Of a DNA stretch of 53,876 nucleotides, positions 9,965 to 20,054 are shown piece after piece. The translations under genes were made by a program, and so were the position numbers. Origin of the DNA: an uncultured Clostridiaceae bacterium. Its GTDB lineage: Bacteria; Bacillota; Clostridia; Lutisporales; Lutisporaceae. The notes beneath the pieces were generated by a model. The model was not told where the DNA came from, searched no databases, and worked only from the letters and a program-made list of their open reading frames with translations. The stretch covers positions 11,779 to 65,654 of the forward strand of contig CAZQHS010000001.1 of assembly GCA_964593485.1 (NCBI GenBank), written 5' to 3'. Every line of letters begins with the position of its first letter. Position 1 is the first letter of the stretch.

Positions 9965-10708
9965 TTACTTCGCCGCGTTTAGTATTTGTTCCTTTATCAA
10001 ACCTGCTTCTTTAGCTATTTTGATTCCTCTTTCAAAATTGCCCACATCTTTTGGCGTGTGGGCATCACTGTTTATTACAAATTTGACTCCTGTTTCCGCA
10101 GCAATTCTGATTTCCGAAATTGTCATAGCATTGCTTTTAGAGTTTATCTCCAATGCAGTCTTCGCATTTGCCGCTCCTATAGCCAGCCGCTTTATATCCA
10201 TTGGCAACCTTGCCCCTGGATGTGTAATAAAGTCAATTTTATAATTATTAATTGCCTTTATCATAGTATCCGTATTATATTCTGCAATTTCCAGTTTTTT
10301 TGCTATACTTAACCTTGCAATGTAGCCTTTTATATATATATTATAATAATCGGATATATCTTTAAGACGTGCCATCATATGATAACCCAAAGCCAATATA
10401 TCTAAATATTTCATTGAATCATCATCAATATCAATTCTTCCGTCTCTGCTTATTATATTACATTCCATGCCCAATAACACTTTTATATCATCATGCTTTT
10501 CGTTAATCTTATCAATTTCCTGCCGCATTTTCTTCAGTTTTCTTTTCTTAACGCCAAAAGTTAAATGATTAAAACCATGGTCAGTTATTGCTATTGCTTT
10601 TAGACCCTTTTCCCTGGCCGCCAAAACATTATCAATAATAGTTCCCTTACCATGACTGTAAAGGGTATGGGTATGATAATCAGCTACAAGCTTAATCAAA
10701 ACTAACAC
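9965..10708 (-). CDS. PHP-domain phosphoesterase (histidinol-phosphatase-like)
   Basis: PHP metal-binding motifs DYHTHT, ITDHG and HPG plus a late SDAH. The true start may be the TTG at 10699, 6 nt after GAGGTG. Confidence 0.8.
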   Translation of the reverse strand: MLVLIKLVADYHTHTLYSHGKGTIIDNVLAAREKGLKAIAITDHGFNHLTFGVKKRKLKKMRQEIDKINEKHDDIKVLLGMECNIISRDGRIDIDDDSMKYLDILALGYHMMARLKDISDYYNIYIKGYIARLSIAKKLEIAEYNTDTMIKAINNYKIDFITHPGARLPMDIKRLAIGAANAKTALEINSKSNAMTISEIRIAAETGVKFVINSDAHTPKDVGNFERGIKIAKEAGLIKEQILNAAK

Positions 10709-10769
10709 CTCATACTTTTGTCCTTTGTATCAATTATATAATATTCTTAACCTTGCATAAAGGTATATA

Positions 10770-11663
10770 TCAGAATTTCCCCATAAGCTTTACTTCTGTT
10801 TCCAACTTTACACCGTATCTTTCATATATGGTTTTTTGTATAACAGTAATCAAATTATATATGTCTTTAGCAGTGGCATTCCCTTTATTTATTATAAAAC
10901 CGCAATGCTTATCCGAAATTTGAGCATCGCCTATGGTCATTCCTTTCAGTCCTGCATCTTCTATAAGCTTTCCTGCAAAATATCCTTCCGGTCTCTTAAA
11001 TATGCTTCCGGCACTGGGATAATTAAGAGGTTGTTTTTCTTTTCTTTTTTCGTTTAGTTCCTCCATTTTCCTTTTTATCTCGTTATAATTTCCTTTCTTT
11101 ATGGAGAAAAACACCTTTGTTGTTATATGCAGCCCTTTATTTATTATGCTTTTCCTATATCCGAATTCCATTTGTTTGTTATCCAAGATTTCTGATTTAA
11201 AATCCAAATTCAACACTTCAACCTTTTCTACAATATCCTTCATTTCAGTTCCGAAAGCACCTGCATTCATAAAAACTGCACCCCCCACTGAACCGGGTAT
11301 ACCGCTTATAAATTCCATGCCTGTAAGGGAGTTTTCCGCTGCAATTTTTGATATATTTGTCAAAAGTGCCCCGCATTCGGCAATAATCTTGTTTTCTTTC
11401 ACTTCTATTTTAGCAATCTTATCACCTAATTTAATAACCGCTCCTCTGATCCCGTCATCCGACACTAATAAATTAGTTCCGTTTCCAATAATAAAATAAG
11501 GTATTTCCTTTTTTCTTAAACACTTAATAAAATCAATTAGCTCTTCTATGCCATCCGGCTCCATATAGATATCCGCTTTGCCTCCTACTTTCATTGAGGT
11601 ATGTTCTCTCATGGGCTCATCATATCTCACATTGGCAAATGAATTATTAAATTGCAAAGTCAA
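10770..11663 (-). CDS. murB: UDP-N-acetylenolpyruvoylglucosamine reductase
   Basis: 297 aa with FAD-binding motifs (GGKADIY, GNGTNLL) and the catalytic region SAGSIFKRP. Confidence 0.93.
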   Translation of the reverse strand: MTLQFNNSFANVRYDEPMREHTSMKVGGKADIYMEPDGIEELIDFIKCLRKKEIPYFIIGNGTNLLVSDDGIRGAVIKLGDKIAKIEVKENKIIAECGALLTNISKIAAENSLTGMEFISGIPGSVGGAVFMNAGAFGTEMKDIVEKVEVLNLDFKSEILDNKQMEFGYRKSIINKGLHITTKVFFSIKKGNYNEIKRKMEELNEKRKEKQPLNYPSAGSIFKRPEGYFAGKLIEDAGLKGMTIGDAQISDKHCGFIINKGNATAKDIYNLITVIQKTIYERYGVKLETEVKLMGKF

Positions 11664-11681
11664 TCCTCCTTTTAAATGACC

Positions 11682-12362
11682 TTAACTCAAGGGTCTTATA
11701 ACACCTATGGGTGTCTGTTCGGAACACTGTCCCAAGGGGTTATCCCTCAATAATTCCAAAATCATTTTCCTATCTAAATTATGTTTTGAGGTGCCTAATA
11801 CATTGCCTCCAAAATCATTCATATCTACCACCGCTACCTCGGCTTTTACAGCTTCACTTACTTTTTTGGCTACTTTATCCGGCTCTTCGGGTCCTAATAC
11901 CACGCATTTATTATAGGGTGGCAATGTATTGGGTGTGGGTCCATCTATGGATGAAGCTTTATAGCCTGCAATCCTGTAGAAATCTCCCTTTCTGCCAAAT
12001 AGTTTTGTTATAAAGCTTACTGCAGCCGCAAATAGTATTTTTAAAACTCCGCATTCCCTTAAAGCCATTTCCATGGTTTCCGGAATACCCAAACCTATGC
12101 CTATGGGTGTCTTTGTTACATGTTTTGACAAAAACACGGCCAAGGGTCTTGGCTTGATTTCGTCTAAAAAGAATGCCCTCCCTTGGGTGATAGCAACTAC
12201 TTTTTCGCTGATAAATACTATATCTTCTTCCTTCACTATTTCCTCGGCATATTTTTTTACAACATCAACAATGTCATCTTCTTTTTGAATTACATGGGTT
12301 TTCACAGGTATCCTCAGATACTTTTTATTATTGTATTCAATTATAGGCTGTTTTTCTTTCAT
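11682..12362 (-). CDS. CofE-like (F420-0:gamma-glutamyl ligase family) protein of unknown substrate
   Basis: 226 aa. By-eye match to the F420_ligase family pattern: DIVFISEKVVAITQGRAFFLDEIKP, SSIDGPTPN, an EPDKVAKKV..AVVDMNDFGG block and a C-terminal PIGVIRP. Confidence 0.6.
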   Translation of the reverse strand: MKEKQPIIEYNNKKYLRIPVKTHVIQKEDDIVDVVKKYAEEIVKEEDIVFISEKVVAITQGRAFFLDEIKPRPLAVFLSKHVTKTPIGIGLGIPETMEMALRECGVLKILFAAAVSFITKLFGRKGDFYRIAGYKASSIDGPTPNTLPPYNKCVVLGPEEPDKVAKKVSEAVKAEVAVVDMNDFGGNVLGTSKHNLDRKMILELLRDNPLGQCSEQTPIGVIRPLS

Positions 12363-12427
12363 ACTTTTCCTCCAAACTATTTATTATCATAGTTATATAA
12401 CCTTTGAATTCATCAACCTTTTGGTTG

Positions 12428-13750
12428 TTATTTATCAAAATATTTGGCAGCTAATCCTCTTGCTTCTTCCATAGCACTTTGGGGATTTTTGTTATGGTCT
12501 ATGACATCCGTTACTGCATACTGAAAAATCTCATCTACTTCCCACCAATATTTATGTTCGGAAATATGCTTTGCGGATTCCAATCCTCTTTGAATAGTAT
12601 ACATCTCTTTGTCATTTTGGTATATATAGTTAGCAGATTTCCGAATTGGGAAATACCCAAATTTTTTTAACTCCTCTTGAAATTCTTTATTTGTCAAAAA
12701 CTCTAAAAACTCAATACAGGCTTCTTTTTTTTCATCGCTGTCCTGCTTGAATACTCCGTAGGAATAATAAATATCGTTTATATATGGTGGAAATTCATTA
12801 TTTTTGCTGGGATATTGTGCCGTAGCAAAATTTAAACCATATTTACCGCCAATACCCCTTAAATAAGGCACCATCCAGGCATCTCCCAAAAAAACAGCCG
12901 CCTTTCCGTTTAGAAAAAGGTTAAACGCCCGGCTCTTAGTGATGTTGCCCGTATCAGGATGCAATACTTTGTGCACATTTTTCAATTCATTCAACTTTAT
13001 CAACCCTGGCAATGCTTCATGGAAAATACCTTCACCACTGATTTCTGTTATTGCTTTGTCGTATAATAATATCCCATAGATATTATAATGTCCCATTTCC
13101 GTTGAACCTAACAAGCCATATATGCTTTTTCCGCTTTTTTTTGTAGCACTAACGGTAAGCTTTTTCAGGCTGTCAAGAAATTCCTCATAAGTCCAAAAGC
13201 CTTCTGGTGGTAATTCTACTTCCCTGTCTTGAAATATATCTTTGTTTAATAACAAAGTATAACCCATTTTCGCCCAAGGTATTCCAAATAATGTATCATT
13301 ATATGTACACGATAACAATGCATCTTCTAAAAAATCTTCTTTTTCCTCTTTTTTTATGTACTCATCCAACGGTTCAAGGAAGTCTGAAGATAGAAAATAC
13401 ATATCGCTGCCCACCGGTGCGATATCCGGGCAGGCCCCTATTTTTGATGCTGCACGAAGTGTGAGTTTTCCCATGGCAAAATCAATTGTTCTGTAATCTA
13501 TAAATATTCCCGGATGTGACTTCTCATACTCTTTTATTTTACTATTGATCCAACTGCGGTTACTGCCTGTGTCAGTGTCCAATTTTGGATAATCCCAAAA
13601 AGTAATGACACCCTTCCACTTTGCAATGCTTTCTTTCCCTTCATAACTTTCTTTATAGTCCACATGGTATTTTTTAAAAAGTGATGGCCCTAATAATACA
13701 AAGACAAGTGAAATCAGAATTAAAAACCCATTCCTAATAATTTTTTGCAT
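12428..13750 (-). CDS. Extracellular solute-binding protein (ABC family 1 type), no adjacent permease or ATPase
   Basis: About 440 aa with an N-terminal hydrophobic anchor and an SBP_bac_1-like body. The start was moved to the ATG at 13750 (GGAGG 8 nt upstream). Confidence 0.75.
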   Translation of the reverse strand: MQKIIRNGFLILISLVFVLLGPSLFKKYHVDYKESYEGKESIAKWKGVITFWDYPKLDTDTGSNRSWINSKIKEYEKSHPGIFIDYRTIDFAMGKLTLRAASKIGACPDIAPVGSDMYFLSSDFLEPLDEYIKKEEKEDFLEDALLSCTYNDTLFGIPWAKMGYTLLLNKDIFQDREVELPPEGFWTYEEFLDSLKKLTVSATKKSGKSIYGLLGSTEMGHYNIYGILLYDKAITEISGEGIFHEALPGLIKLNELKNVHKVLHPDTGNITKSRAFNLFLNGKAAVFLGDAWMVPYLRGIGGKYGLNFATAQYPSKNNEFPPYINDIYYSYGVFKQDSDEKKEACIEFLEFLTNKEFQEELKKFGYFPIRKSANYIYQNDKEMYTIQRGLESAKHISEHKYWWEVDEIFQYAVTDVIDHNKNPQSAMEEARGLAAKYFDK

Positions 13751-13867
13751 TTGAAATACCTCCAAAGAATATATTCAAACTGCTATTTTCCATGACAATC
13801 CTACAATATTTATATTCTTTGGAAACATATTGCATACACAAAATAAACTATATCTCTGCAAAAAGAA

Positions 13868-13888
13868 AAGCGGCTCCGCCGCCTGCTT
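13868..13888 (-). terminator. Rho-independent terminator candidate after the PspC-domain gene
   Basis: GC-rich hairpin AAGCGGC-TCC-GCCGC(C)TGCTT next to the stop at 13890, followed by a T-run on the minus strand (AAAAGAAAA on plus, 13861-13869). Confidence 0.6.
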
Positions 13889-13889
13889 T

Positions 13890-14138
13890 TCATTTATCTT
13901 CATCTTTATGAACGGTATAGTAAATATTATCGTTATTGTCATCAGAATCAGGCTCCAAAGGGATTATAAATACTGCGGCAATATAAGCCAATAAAGCTGG
14001 AAATCCTGCACTTAAAAGGAATGCCGCCACCCATATCAACCGTACAATAGTAGCATCAATATTGAAGTATCCAGCTATACCGCCGCATACACCTGATATG
14101 GTTTTATTACGCCTGGACCTGTATAGTTTTTTATTCAT
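13890..14138 (-). CDS. PspC-domain membrane protein
   Basis: PspC motif SGVCGGIAGYFNIDATIVRLIWV followed by a TM segment. The start is set at the ATG at 14138, preceded by a GGGGG SD. Confidence 0.8.
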   Translation of the reverse strand: MNKKLYRSRRNKTISGVCGGIAGYFNIDATIVRLIWVAAFLLSAGFPALLAYIAAVFIIPLEPDSDDNNDNIYYTVHKDEDK

Positions 14139-14187
14139 AAACAATACCCCCATCAATCCTTTGGTTAAAATAACCATTGTTTAATTA

Positions 14188-16050
14188 TTATTTATTAAAA
14201 AAGTTTATAATATTTTCAGCTATTTTCTTGTTAATACCCTCAACCATAAGTAAATCCTCTGCTTTAGCGGCTTTTATTTGGTCAATATTCTTAAAATGTT
14301 TTAACAAAGCATTTTTCCTCACAGCACCAATTCCCGGGATATCATCCAAAACCGATTTGGTAATCCTCTTCTTTCTCAAGCTTCTGTGATAAGTTATGGC
14401 AAATCTATGAGCTTCATCCTGTATCCTAACTATAAGCTTAAAAACCTCGGTATTCCCGGGTAAAATAATTTCTTTATTCCCGAAAATAATGCCTCTTGTT
14501 CTATGTTTATTATCTTTAACCATGCCGCAAACCGGAATGTTTATGTCAAGCTGTTCCAAAACCGAATTAACAGCGTTTACCTGCCCCAAGCCTCCGTCTA
14601 CCAATAGCAAGTCCGGAAATAGTGCAAATTTGCTGTTTTCATATTCACCTTTTCTGTTATCTATTTCCTTTCGTTCTTCCAAACCATGTTGAAATCTTCT
14701 TTCAATTATTTCTCTTAAGCTCCCGTAATCATCCTGGCCTTCAAACCCTTTTATCTTAAATCTTCTATAATGTTTTTTTATGGGCTTGCCCTCTTCAAAA
14801 ACTATCATAGAGCCGACATTATCAACACCTTGAATATTTGAAATATCAAAAGCTTCAATGCGGTTAATGCTATGGTCAATGCCCAAATACATTGCTAATT
14901 CTTCAAATAATCTTGAAGTCTTTTTTTCATTTCTATCATGTTTTTCTATTTCAAGGCGTAAGGACTCTTTTGCATTGTTTTGTGCCATTTGCAAAAGTTT
15001 GCGCTTATCACCCCTATGGGGAATTGAAATCTTAACCTTACTGCCTTTCTTTTCGCTTAACCATTTGGCTAAAACTTCTTTATCATCTATTTCAATAGGA
15101 ATTAGGATAGTCTTTGGTACAAATATTGCTTTATTATAATATTGCTTAATAAAACTCCCTAAGACTTCAGCCTCGTCGCTTTTTTCCTCATCAGATAAAA
15201 AGAAGTTTTCTCTACCGATAAGCTTACCTAATCTGATGAAAAACACTTGTACACTTACAAGATTAAATTTTGTATCGTAAGCGATTACATCTATGTCCTC
15301 TAATTTGGATGAAATCACAATCTGTTCTTCATTAATCTTATTGACCGCCGTTAGTTGGTCTCTAACCTCTGCAGCTTTTTCAAACTCAAGGTTCCCTGCA
15401 TACTCTTCCATTCTTTCTTCTAATCCAGTTATAAGCTTTTGTTGCTTTCCTTCTAAAAATAACCATATATCCTTGATTATATTATTGTATTCTTCTTTGC
15501 TTACTTTACCCGTGCATGGTGCTATGCATCTATTTATATGGGCGTTGAGGCAAGGCCTGTCCCCCTCCATGATTCTTTCCATATCCTTATTACAATCTCT
15601 TATAGGAAATATCCTTTGAATCAAACCTATGGTCTGTTTAACGGCTTTGCTATCGGCATAAGGCCCGAAATATTTACCTTTGTCCTTTTTTATTTCCCTG
15701 ACAATTATGACCCTGGGAAAGCTTTCATCCATTGTAATTTTAATATAGGGATAATGCTTATCGTCTTTAAGGGTAACATTATATTTTGGCCTATGCTTTT
15801 TTATTAAATTGCATTCCAATATCAAAGCTTCTAACTCATTTTTAGTTATGATATAGTCAAAATCCTTAATATTCTCAACCATGGCGTAAACCTTGACTGA
15901 TTGATTTTTTGAATGTTGAAAATATTGCCTTACCCGGTTTTTAATATTAATAGCCTTTCCCACATAAATAATCTGATTTTCTTCATTTCTCATTATATAA
16001 ACCCCCGGCTTATCCGGAAGGTTTTTTAACTTTTCTTCTAAACTCACCAT
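14188..16050 (-). CDS. uvrC: Excinuclease ABC subunit C
   Basis: 620 aa with an N-terminal GIY-YIG domain (GVYIMRNEENQIIYVGKA), a UVR domain (FEKAAEVRDQL) and a C-terminal endonuclease plus HhH2 (IPGIGAVRKNALLKHF). Confidence 0.96.
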   Translation of the reverse strand: MVSLEEKLKNLPDKPGVYIMRNEENQIIYVGKAINIKNRVRQYFQHSKNQSVKVYAMVENIKDFDYIITKNELEALILECNLIKKHRPKYNVTLKDDKHYPYIKITMDESFPRVIIVREIKKDKGKYFGPYADSKAVKQTIGLIQRIFPIRDCNKDMERIMEGDRPCLNAHINRCIAPCTGKVSKEEYNNIIKDIWLFLEGKQQKLITGLEERMEEYAGNLEFEKAAEVRDQLTAVNKINEEQIVISSKLEDIDVIAYDTKFNLVSVQVFFIRLGKLIGRENFFLSDEEKSDEAEVLGSFIKQYYNKAIFVPKTILIPIEIDDKEVLAKWLSEKKGSKVKISIPHRGDKRKLLQMAQNNAKESLRLEIEKHDRNEKKTSRLFEELAMYLGIDHSINRIEAFDISNIQGVDNVGSMIVFEEGKPIKKHYRRFKIKGFEGQDDYGSLREIIERRFQHGLEERKEIDNRKGEYENSKFALFPDLLLVDGGLGQVNAVNSVLEQLDINIPVCGMVKDNKHRTRGIIFGNKEIILPGNTEVFKLIVRIQDEAHRFAITYHRSLRKKRITKSVLDDIPGIGAVRKNALLKHFKNIDQIKAAKAEDLLMVEGINKKIAENIINFFNK

Positions 16051-16067
16051 ATAAATTCCTCTTTATA

Positions 16068-16529
16068 TTATTCCTTGCACAAATCTACCCAAGTTCCCTT
16101 TGTAACCTCTTCTAAGTAAGCCACATCAATCTTCACAGCAGTATTCGCCCCGCCACCGGCAGGAAATACATAATCAAATACCTTTAAGGACTCATCCAAA
16201 TAGATAGCCACAGGCTTAGCCAGTCCAAAGGGACAAACACCCCCCACAGGATGACCTGTGGCTTCCTCCAAATCTTCCGGCCTTATAAATTTCGCTTTCT
16301 CTTTGAAATATCCTTTGAACTTTTGATTGTCAACCTTCACATCGCCTTTTGTCAATAACAAAATATCCCTTTCCCTCAGCCTGAATGCCATAGTCTTTGC
16401 AATTCTTGCCGGCTCCACGCCTAACGCCGCAGCAGCTAATTCTACTGTTGCCGTGCTTGTGTCCATTTCTATTACTTTTAAAGGAAGACCTTCTTCTTTA
16501 AATTGTTTTTTTACACTTTCTATACTCAT
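16068..16529 (-). CDS. ybaK: YbaK/EbsC-type aminoacyl-tRNA deacylase
   Basis: 153 aa, YbaK-family pattern (KTMAFR, GHPVGGVCPFG). Confidence 0.85.
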   Translation of the reverse strand: MSIESVKKQFKEEGLPLKVIEMDTSTATVELAAAALGVEPARIAKTMAFRLRERDILLLTKGDVKVDNQKFKGYFKEKAKFIRPEDLEEATGHPVGGVCPFGLAKPVAIYLDESLKVFDYVFPAGGGANTAVKIDVAYLEEVTKGTWVDLCKE

Positions 16530-16672
16530 CAGTGAACCTCCAGGTTATTAAAATAGTTTGATACCCATCAATTACCATTCATACTATAACTATTCTTGTG
16601 AGGCAGATTATTATATTTCTGATATTAGAAGCATTAAGCAAACAACATGTGAACAGTAACGCAATTAGACCT

Positions 16673-17170
16673 TTATTCTTTATAATCCACTTTTTTTGCT
16701 CTCCCGTTATCAGCCACCGTTACCTGAGTTATTTTTACCAATTTGTTTTCATCGTTTATTTTGGCACATTCCATTACTTGTATAGTCTTATGGGTGATTA
16801 CACCGGTCTTGTAAATATCCCCAAGTATCTTGTAAATTGAATAAGGATGATCCGGATCTTTCAGGCTAATAAAAGATGCATTATCCTTTAAAATTGCACC
16901 TTCAACCAATTTACCGTAGTCTACATCTTTGATGTCCGCAATAATCAAATAATCTGTATCCTCCTCCAGATCATCGAAGCCTTTCACCTGTTTTATTTTG
17001 AAGCTACCTTTTGCCACAGCACTGATTGCAGCCATCAACGGGAGTATGCCCCAACCCTTGTGTCCTGATATAATAAAGCTGTCTTTTCTCATCACTGATT
17101 CTTCAATATATTCACCTTGACCTTCTGTCATAAAACCTTTGTCTTTTAATTTTTCCAAAAAAGCATTCAT
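16673..17170 (-). CDS. Hypothetical protein (165 aa) resembling a degenerate secretion-type ATPase core
   Basis: Co-directional ORF between uvrA and ybaK, with an AAAGGA SD upstream. SFIISGHKGWGILPLMAAI looks like a mutated Walker A context, and DYLIIADIKD like a mutated Walker B. No confident family assignment. Confidence 0.6.
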   Translation of the reverse strand: MNAFLEKLKDKGFMTEGQGEYIEESVMRKDSFIISGHKGWGILPLMAAISAVAKGSFKIKQVKGFDDLEEDTDYLIIADIKDVDYGKLVEGAILKDNASFISLKDPDHPYSIYKILGDIYKTGVITHKTIQVMECAKINDENKLVKITQVTVADNGRAKKVDYKE

Positions 17171-17232
17171 AAATCATACATCCTTTCTACTATTCTCAAT
17201 CTTTTTGCAATACAAATATGTATAAGAAGTGC

Positions 17233-20052
17233 TTAATTAAGCACCCTCTTTAAATATTCCCCAGTATAGGAGTCAGGATTCTTTATAATTTCCTCAGGAG
17301 TACCTGCAGCAATTACTTTGCCGCCTCTGTCCCCACCGTCGGGCCCCAAGTCAATAATATAATCGGCCCTTTTTATTACATCCAAATTATGTTCTATAAC
17401 TATTACCGTATTCCCCCCATCCACCAATCTGTCTAAAATCTTCAGCAATTTGTATATATCTGCCGTATGGAGGCCTGTTGTTGGCTCATCCAATATATAC
17501 ATTGTTCTTCCAGTGCTTCTTTTTGAAAGCTCAAAAGCTAATTTTATTCTTTGGGCTTCTCCACCGGACAGTTGTGTTGACGGTTGTCCAAGTCTTATAT
17601 AACCAAGCCCCACATCAAATAAAGTTTCAAGCTTTCTCTTCACTTTAGGGATATTTTCAAAAAATATCAGGGCATCTTCTACGGTCATATCTAATATCTC
17701 CGATACATTTTTCCCTTTATACTTCACCTCTAAGGTTTCCCTGTTATATCTTTTACCCTTACACACTTCGCAGGGTACATATACATCCGGAAGAAACTGC
17801 ATTTCTATTCTTATTATACCATCACCTCTGCAGGCTTCGCACCTTCCCCCTTTTACATTGAAGCTAAATCTCCCTTTTTTATATCCCCTCATTTTAGCTT
17901 CCGTAGTAGATGTGAACACATCTCTTATGAAGTCGAAAACTCCTGTATATGTCGCCGGATTAGACCTGGGTGTACGGCCGATAGGTGACTGATCTATTTC
18001 TATAATTTTATCCAAGTTCTCATAACCCCGGATTTCATCATGTTCTCCGGGCCTACTTTTGGAACCGTATATTTTTTGAGCAAGACTTTTATACAATATC
18101 TCGTTTATCAACGTGCTTTTACCGGAGCCGGATACTCCTGTTATACAATTAAAAACTCCCATGGGCAACTCCACATTTATTCTTTTTAAATTATTCGCTC
18201 TTGCCCCTTTTATGGTTATCCAATTGCCATTAGGTTCTCGTCTGCTTCCCGGTACGGGTATAATCTTTTTACCTGATAAATATTGTCCTGTTACGGAGTT
18301 ATCGTTATTTTTTATTTTGTCTATGGTGCCTTGGGCAACAATAGAACCGCCATGAAACCCGGCACCGGGTCCCATATCAATAATATGGTCTGCTGCATAC
18401 ATAGTTTCTTCGTCATGTTCCACAACAATTACGGTGTTACCCAAATCCGTGAGATTTCTTAAGGTTTTAAGCAATTTGCCATTGTCTTTTTGATGTAGGC
18501 CTATGCTGGGTTCATCCAAAATATATAAAACTCCCATTAGGCTTGAACCTATTTGAGTAGCAAGCCTTATTCTTTGGGATTCTCCGCCGGATAAAGTGCC
18601 TGATGCCCTCATTAAAGTTAAATAATCAAGCCCCACGTCCATTAAAAATCCCAATCTACCGTTTATTTCCTTTATCACTTGTTTAGAAATTATTTGCTGT
18701 TTTTCTGTAAGTTTTAAGTTTTGGAAAAATTCCTTGATTTTATGCACTGGTAAACTGCAAAGTTCTGATATGGTAAAACCGCCTATTAAGACAGATAAAC
18801 TTTCTTTTTTTAGTCTTGCACCGTTGCAAGTGGGACATAGTACCGAGGACATATATTTTTCTATTTCATATCTCATATAATCAGATTTTGTCTGTCTATA
18901 TCTTCTATTTAAATTATTTATTACACCTTCAAAGGCTATATTTGCTTCGCCCTTGCCGTACTCTCTATCATATTTCATTTTAAACTTTTCACCTTTACTG
19001 CCATATAAGAGCAATTCCATTACATTGTCATCCAATTGCGAAACAGGACTGTTGGTATTGAATCCGAAATGTTTGGAGGCTGCTTCCACAATATCGTAAT
19101 ACAAAGTATCACCGTTGGAATTTTTCCAAGGGTCAATTGCACCTTCCCTGATGCTAAGATTTTTATTAGGTATTATCAAATCAGGATCCAATCGTTTCAG
19201 TTCACCCAATCCATCGCAAGTGGGACACTTGCCGAAAGGGCTGTTAAAAGAAAACATTCTTGGAGATAATTCTTCTATGGCAATATTACAAACTTCACAG
19301 GCATAGTTCTGGCTGAATAGTTTTTCTTCTTTACCCCCTATATCAACTAATGCCAAACCCTCTGAAAGCTTCAGTATTGTTTCCAATGAGTCGGACAGTC
19401 TCCCTTCAATGCCTTCTTTCACAATTATTCTATCTACTATTACTTCAATACTGTGTTTTTTATTTTTATTTAATTTTATCTCATCATTTATGTCAAAAAC
19501 CTCTCCGTCCACCCTGACTCTCACAAACCCGGCCTTTTTTATCTCTGACAATACTTTTTGATGTTCGCCCTTCTTGCCACGAATAACGGGTGCCAACAAT
19601 TGGATTCTTGTGCCTTCTACAAGGCTCATCAAATAATCTATCATTTGATCTATGGTTTGCTGAGTAATTTCCTTGCCGCAATTAGGACAATGAGGTGTTC
19701 CAATTCTGGCATATAATAACCTTAAATAGTCGTAAATTTCCGTTACCGTGCCCACCGTTGAACGGGGATTCTTGCTTGTGGTCTTTTGGTCTATGGAAAT
19801 AGCAGGTGAAAGGCCTTCAATGTAATCAACGTCCGGCTTATCCATTTGTCCCAAAAACTGCCTTGCATAGGCCGAAAGGGACTCCACATATCTCCTTTGC
19901 CCTTCCGCGTAAATGGTATCAAAAGCTAATGAAGACTTTCCCGAACCCGATAGCCCTGTGATAACTATAAATTCATCCCTGGGTATTTCCAAATCTATAT
20001 TTTTTAAATTATGCTCTCTTGCACCTTTTATTATTATTTTATTTTTTGACAT
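17233..20052 (-). CDS. uvrA: Excinuclease ABC subunit A
   Basis: About 939 aa with two ABC modules ([40 protein letters not shown]) and zinc-finger Cys pairs. The ATG at 20052 lies 2 nt after the uvrB stop. Confidence 0.98.
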   Translation of the reverse strand: MSKNKIIIKGAREHNLKNIDLEIPRDEFIVITGLSGSGKSSLAFDTIYAEGQRRYVESLSAYARQFLGQMDKPDVDYIEGLSPAISIDQKTTSKNPRSTVGTVTEIYDYLRLLYARIGTPHCPNCGKEITQQTIDQMIDYLMSLVEGTRIQLLAPVIRGKKGEHQKVLSEIKKAGFVRVRVDGEVFDINDEIKLNKNKKHSIEVIVDRIIVKEGIEGRLSDSLETILKLSEGLALVDIGGKEEKLFSQNYACEVCNIAIEELSPRMFSFNSPFGKCPTCDGLGELKRLDPDLIIPNKNLSIREGAIDPWKNSNGDTLYYDIVEAASKHFGFNTNSPVSQLDDNVMELLLYGSKGEKFKMKYDREYGKGEANIAFEGVINNLNRRYRQTKSDYMRYEIEKYMSSVLCPTCNGARLKKESLSVLIGGFTISELCSLPVHKIKEFFQNLKLTEKQQIISKQVIKEINGRLGFLMDVGLDYLTLMRASGTLSGGESQRIRLATQIGSSLMGVLYILDEPSIGLHQKDNGKLLKTLRNLTDLGNTVIVVEHDEETMYAADHIIDMGPGAGFHGGSIVAQGTIDKIKNNDNSVTGQYLSGKKIIPVPGSRREPNGNWITIKGARANNLKRINVELPMGVFNCITGVSGSGKSTLINEILYKSLAQKIYGSKSRPGEHDEIRGYENLDKIIEIDQSPIGRTPRSNPATYTGVFDFIRDVFTSTTEAKMRGYKKGRFSFNVKGGRCEACRGDGIIRIEMQFLPDVYVPCEVCKGKRYNRETLEVKYKGKNVSEILDMTVEDALIFFENIPKVKRKLETLFDVGLGYIRLGQPSTQLSGGEAQRIKLAFELSKRSTGRTMYILDEPTTGLHTADIYKLLKILDRLVDGGNTVIVIEHNLDVIKRADYIIDLGPDGGDRGGKVIAAGTPEEIIKNPDSYTGEYLKRVLN

Positions 20053-20054
20053 TT

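Noticed and set aside
16649-16658. GTGAACAGT / ACTGTTCAT motifs (also at 22439, 22461, 41121, 48612 and 48722) considered as extra LexA boxes
   Set aside because: They contain only a GAAC or GTTC half-site. When paired, the spacing is 12-16 nt rather than the 4 nt of the Cheo box. They are better explained as repeat-element termini.
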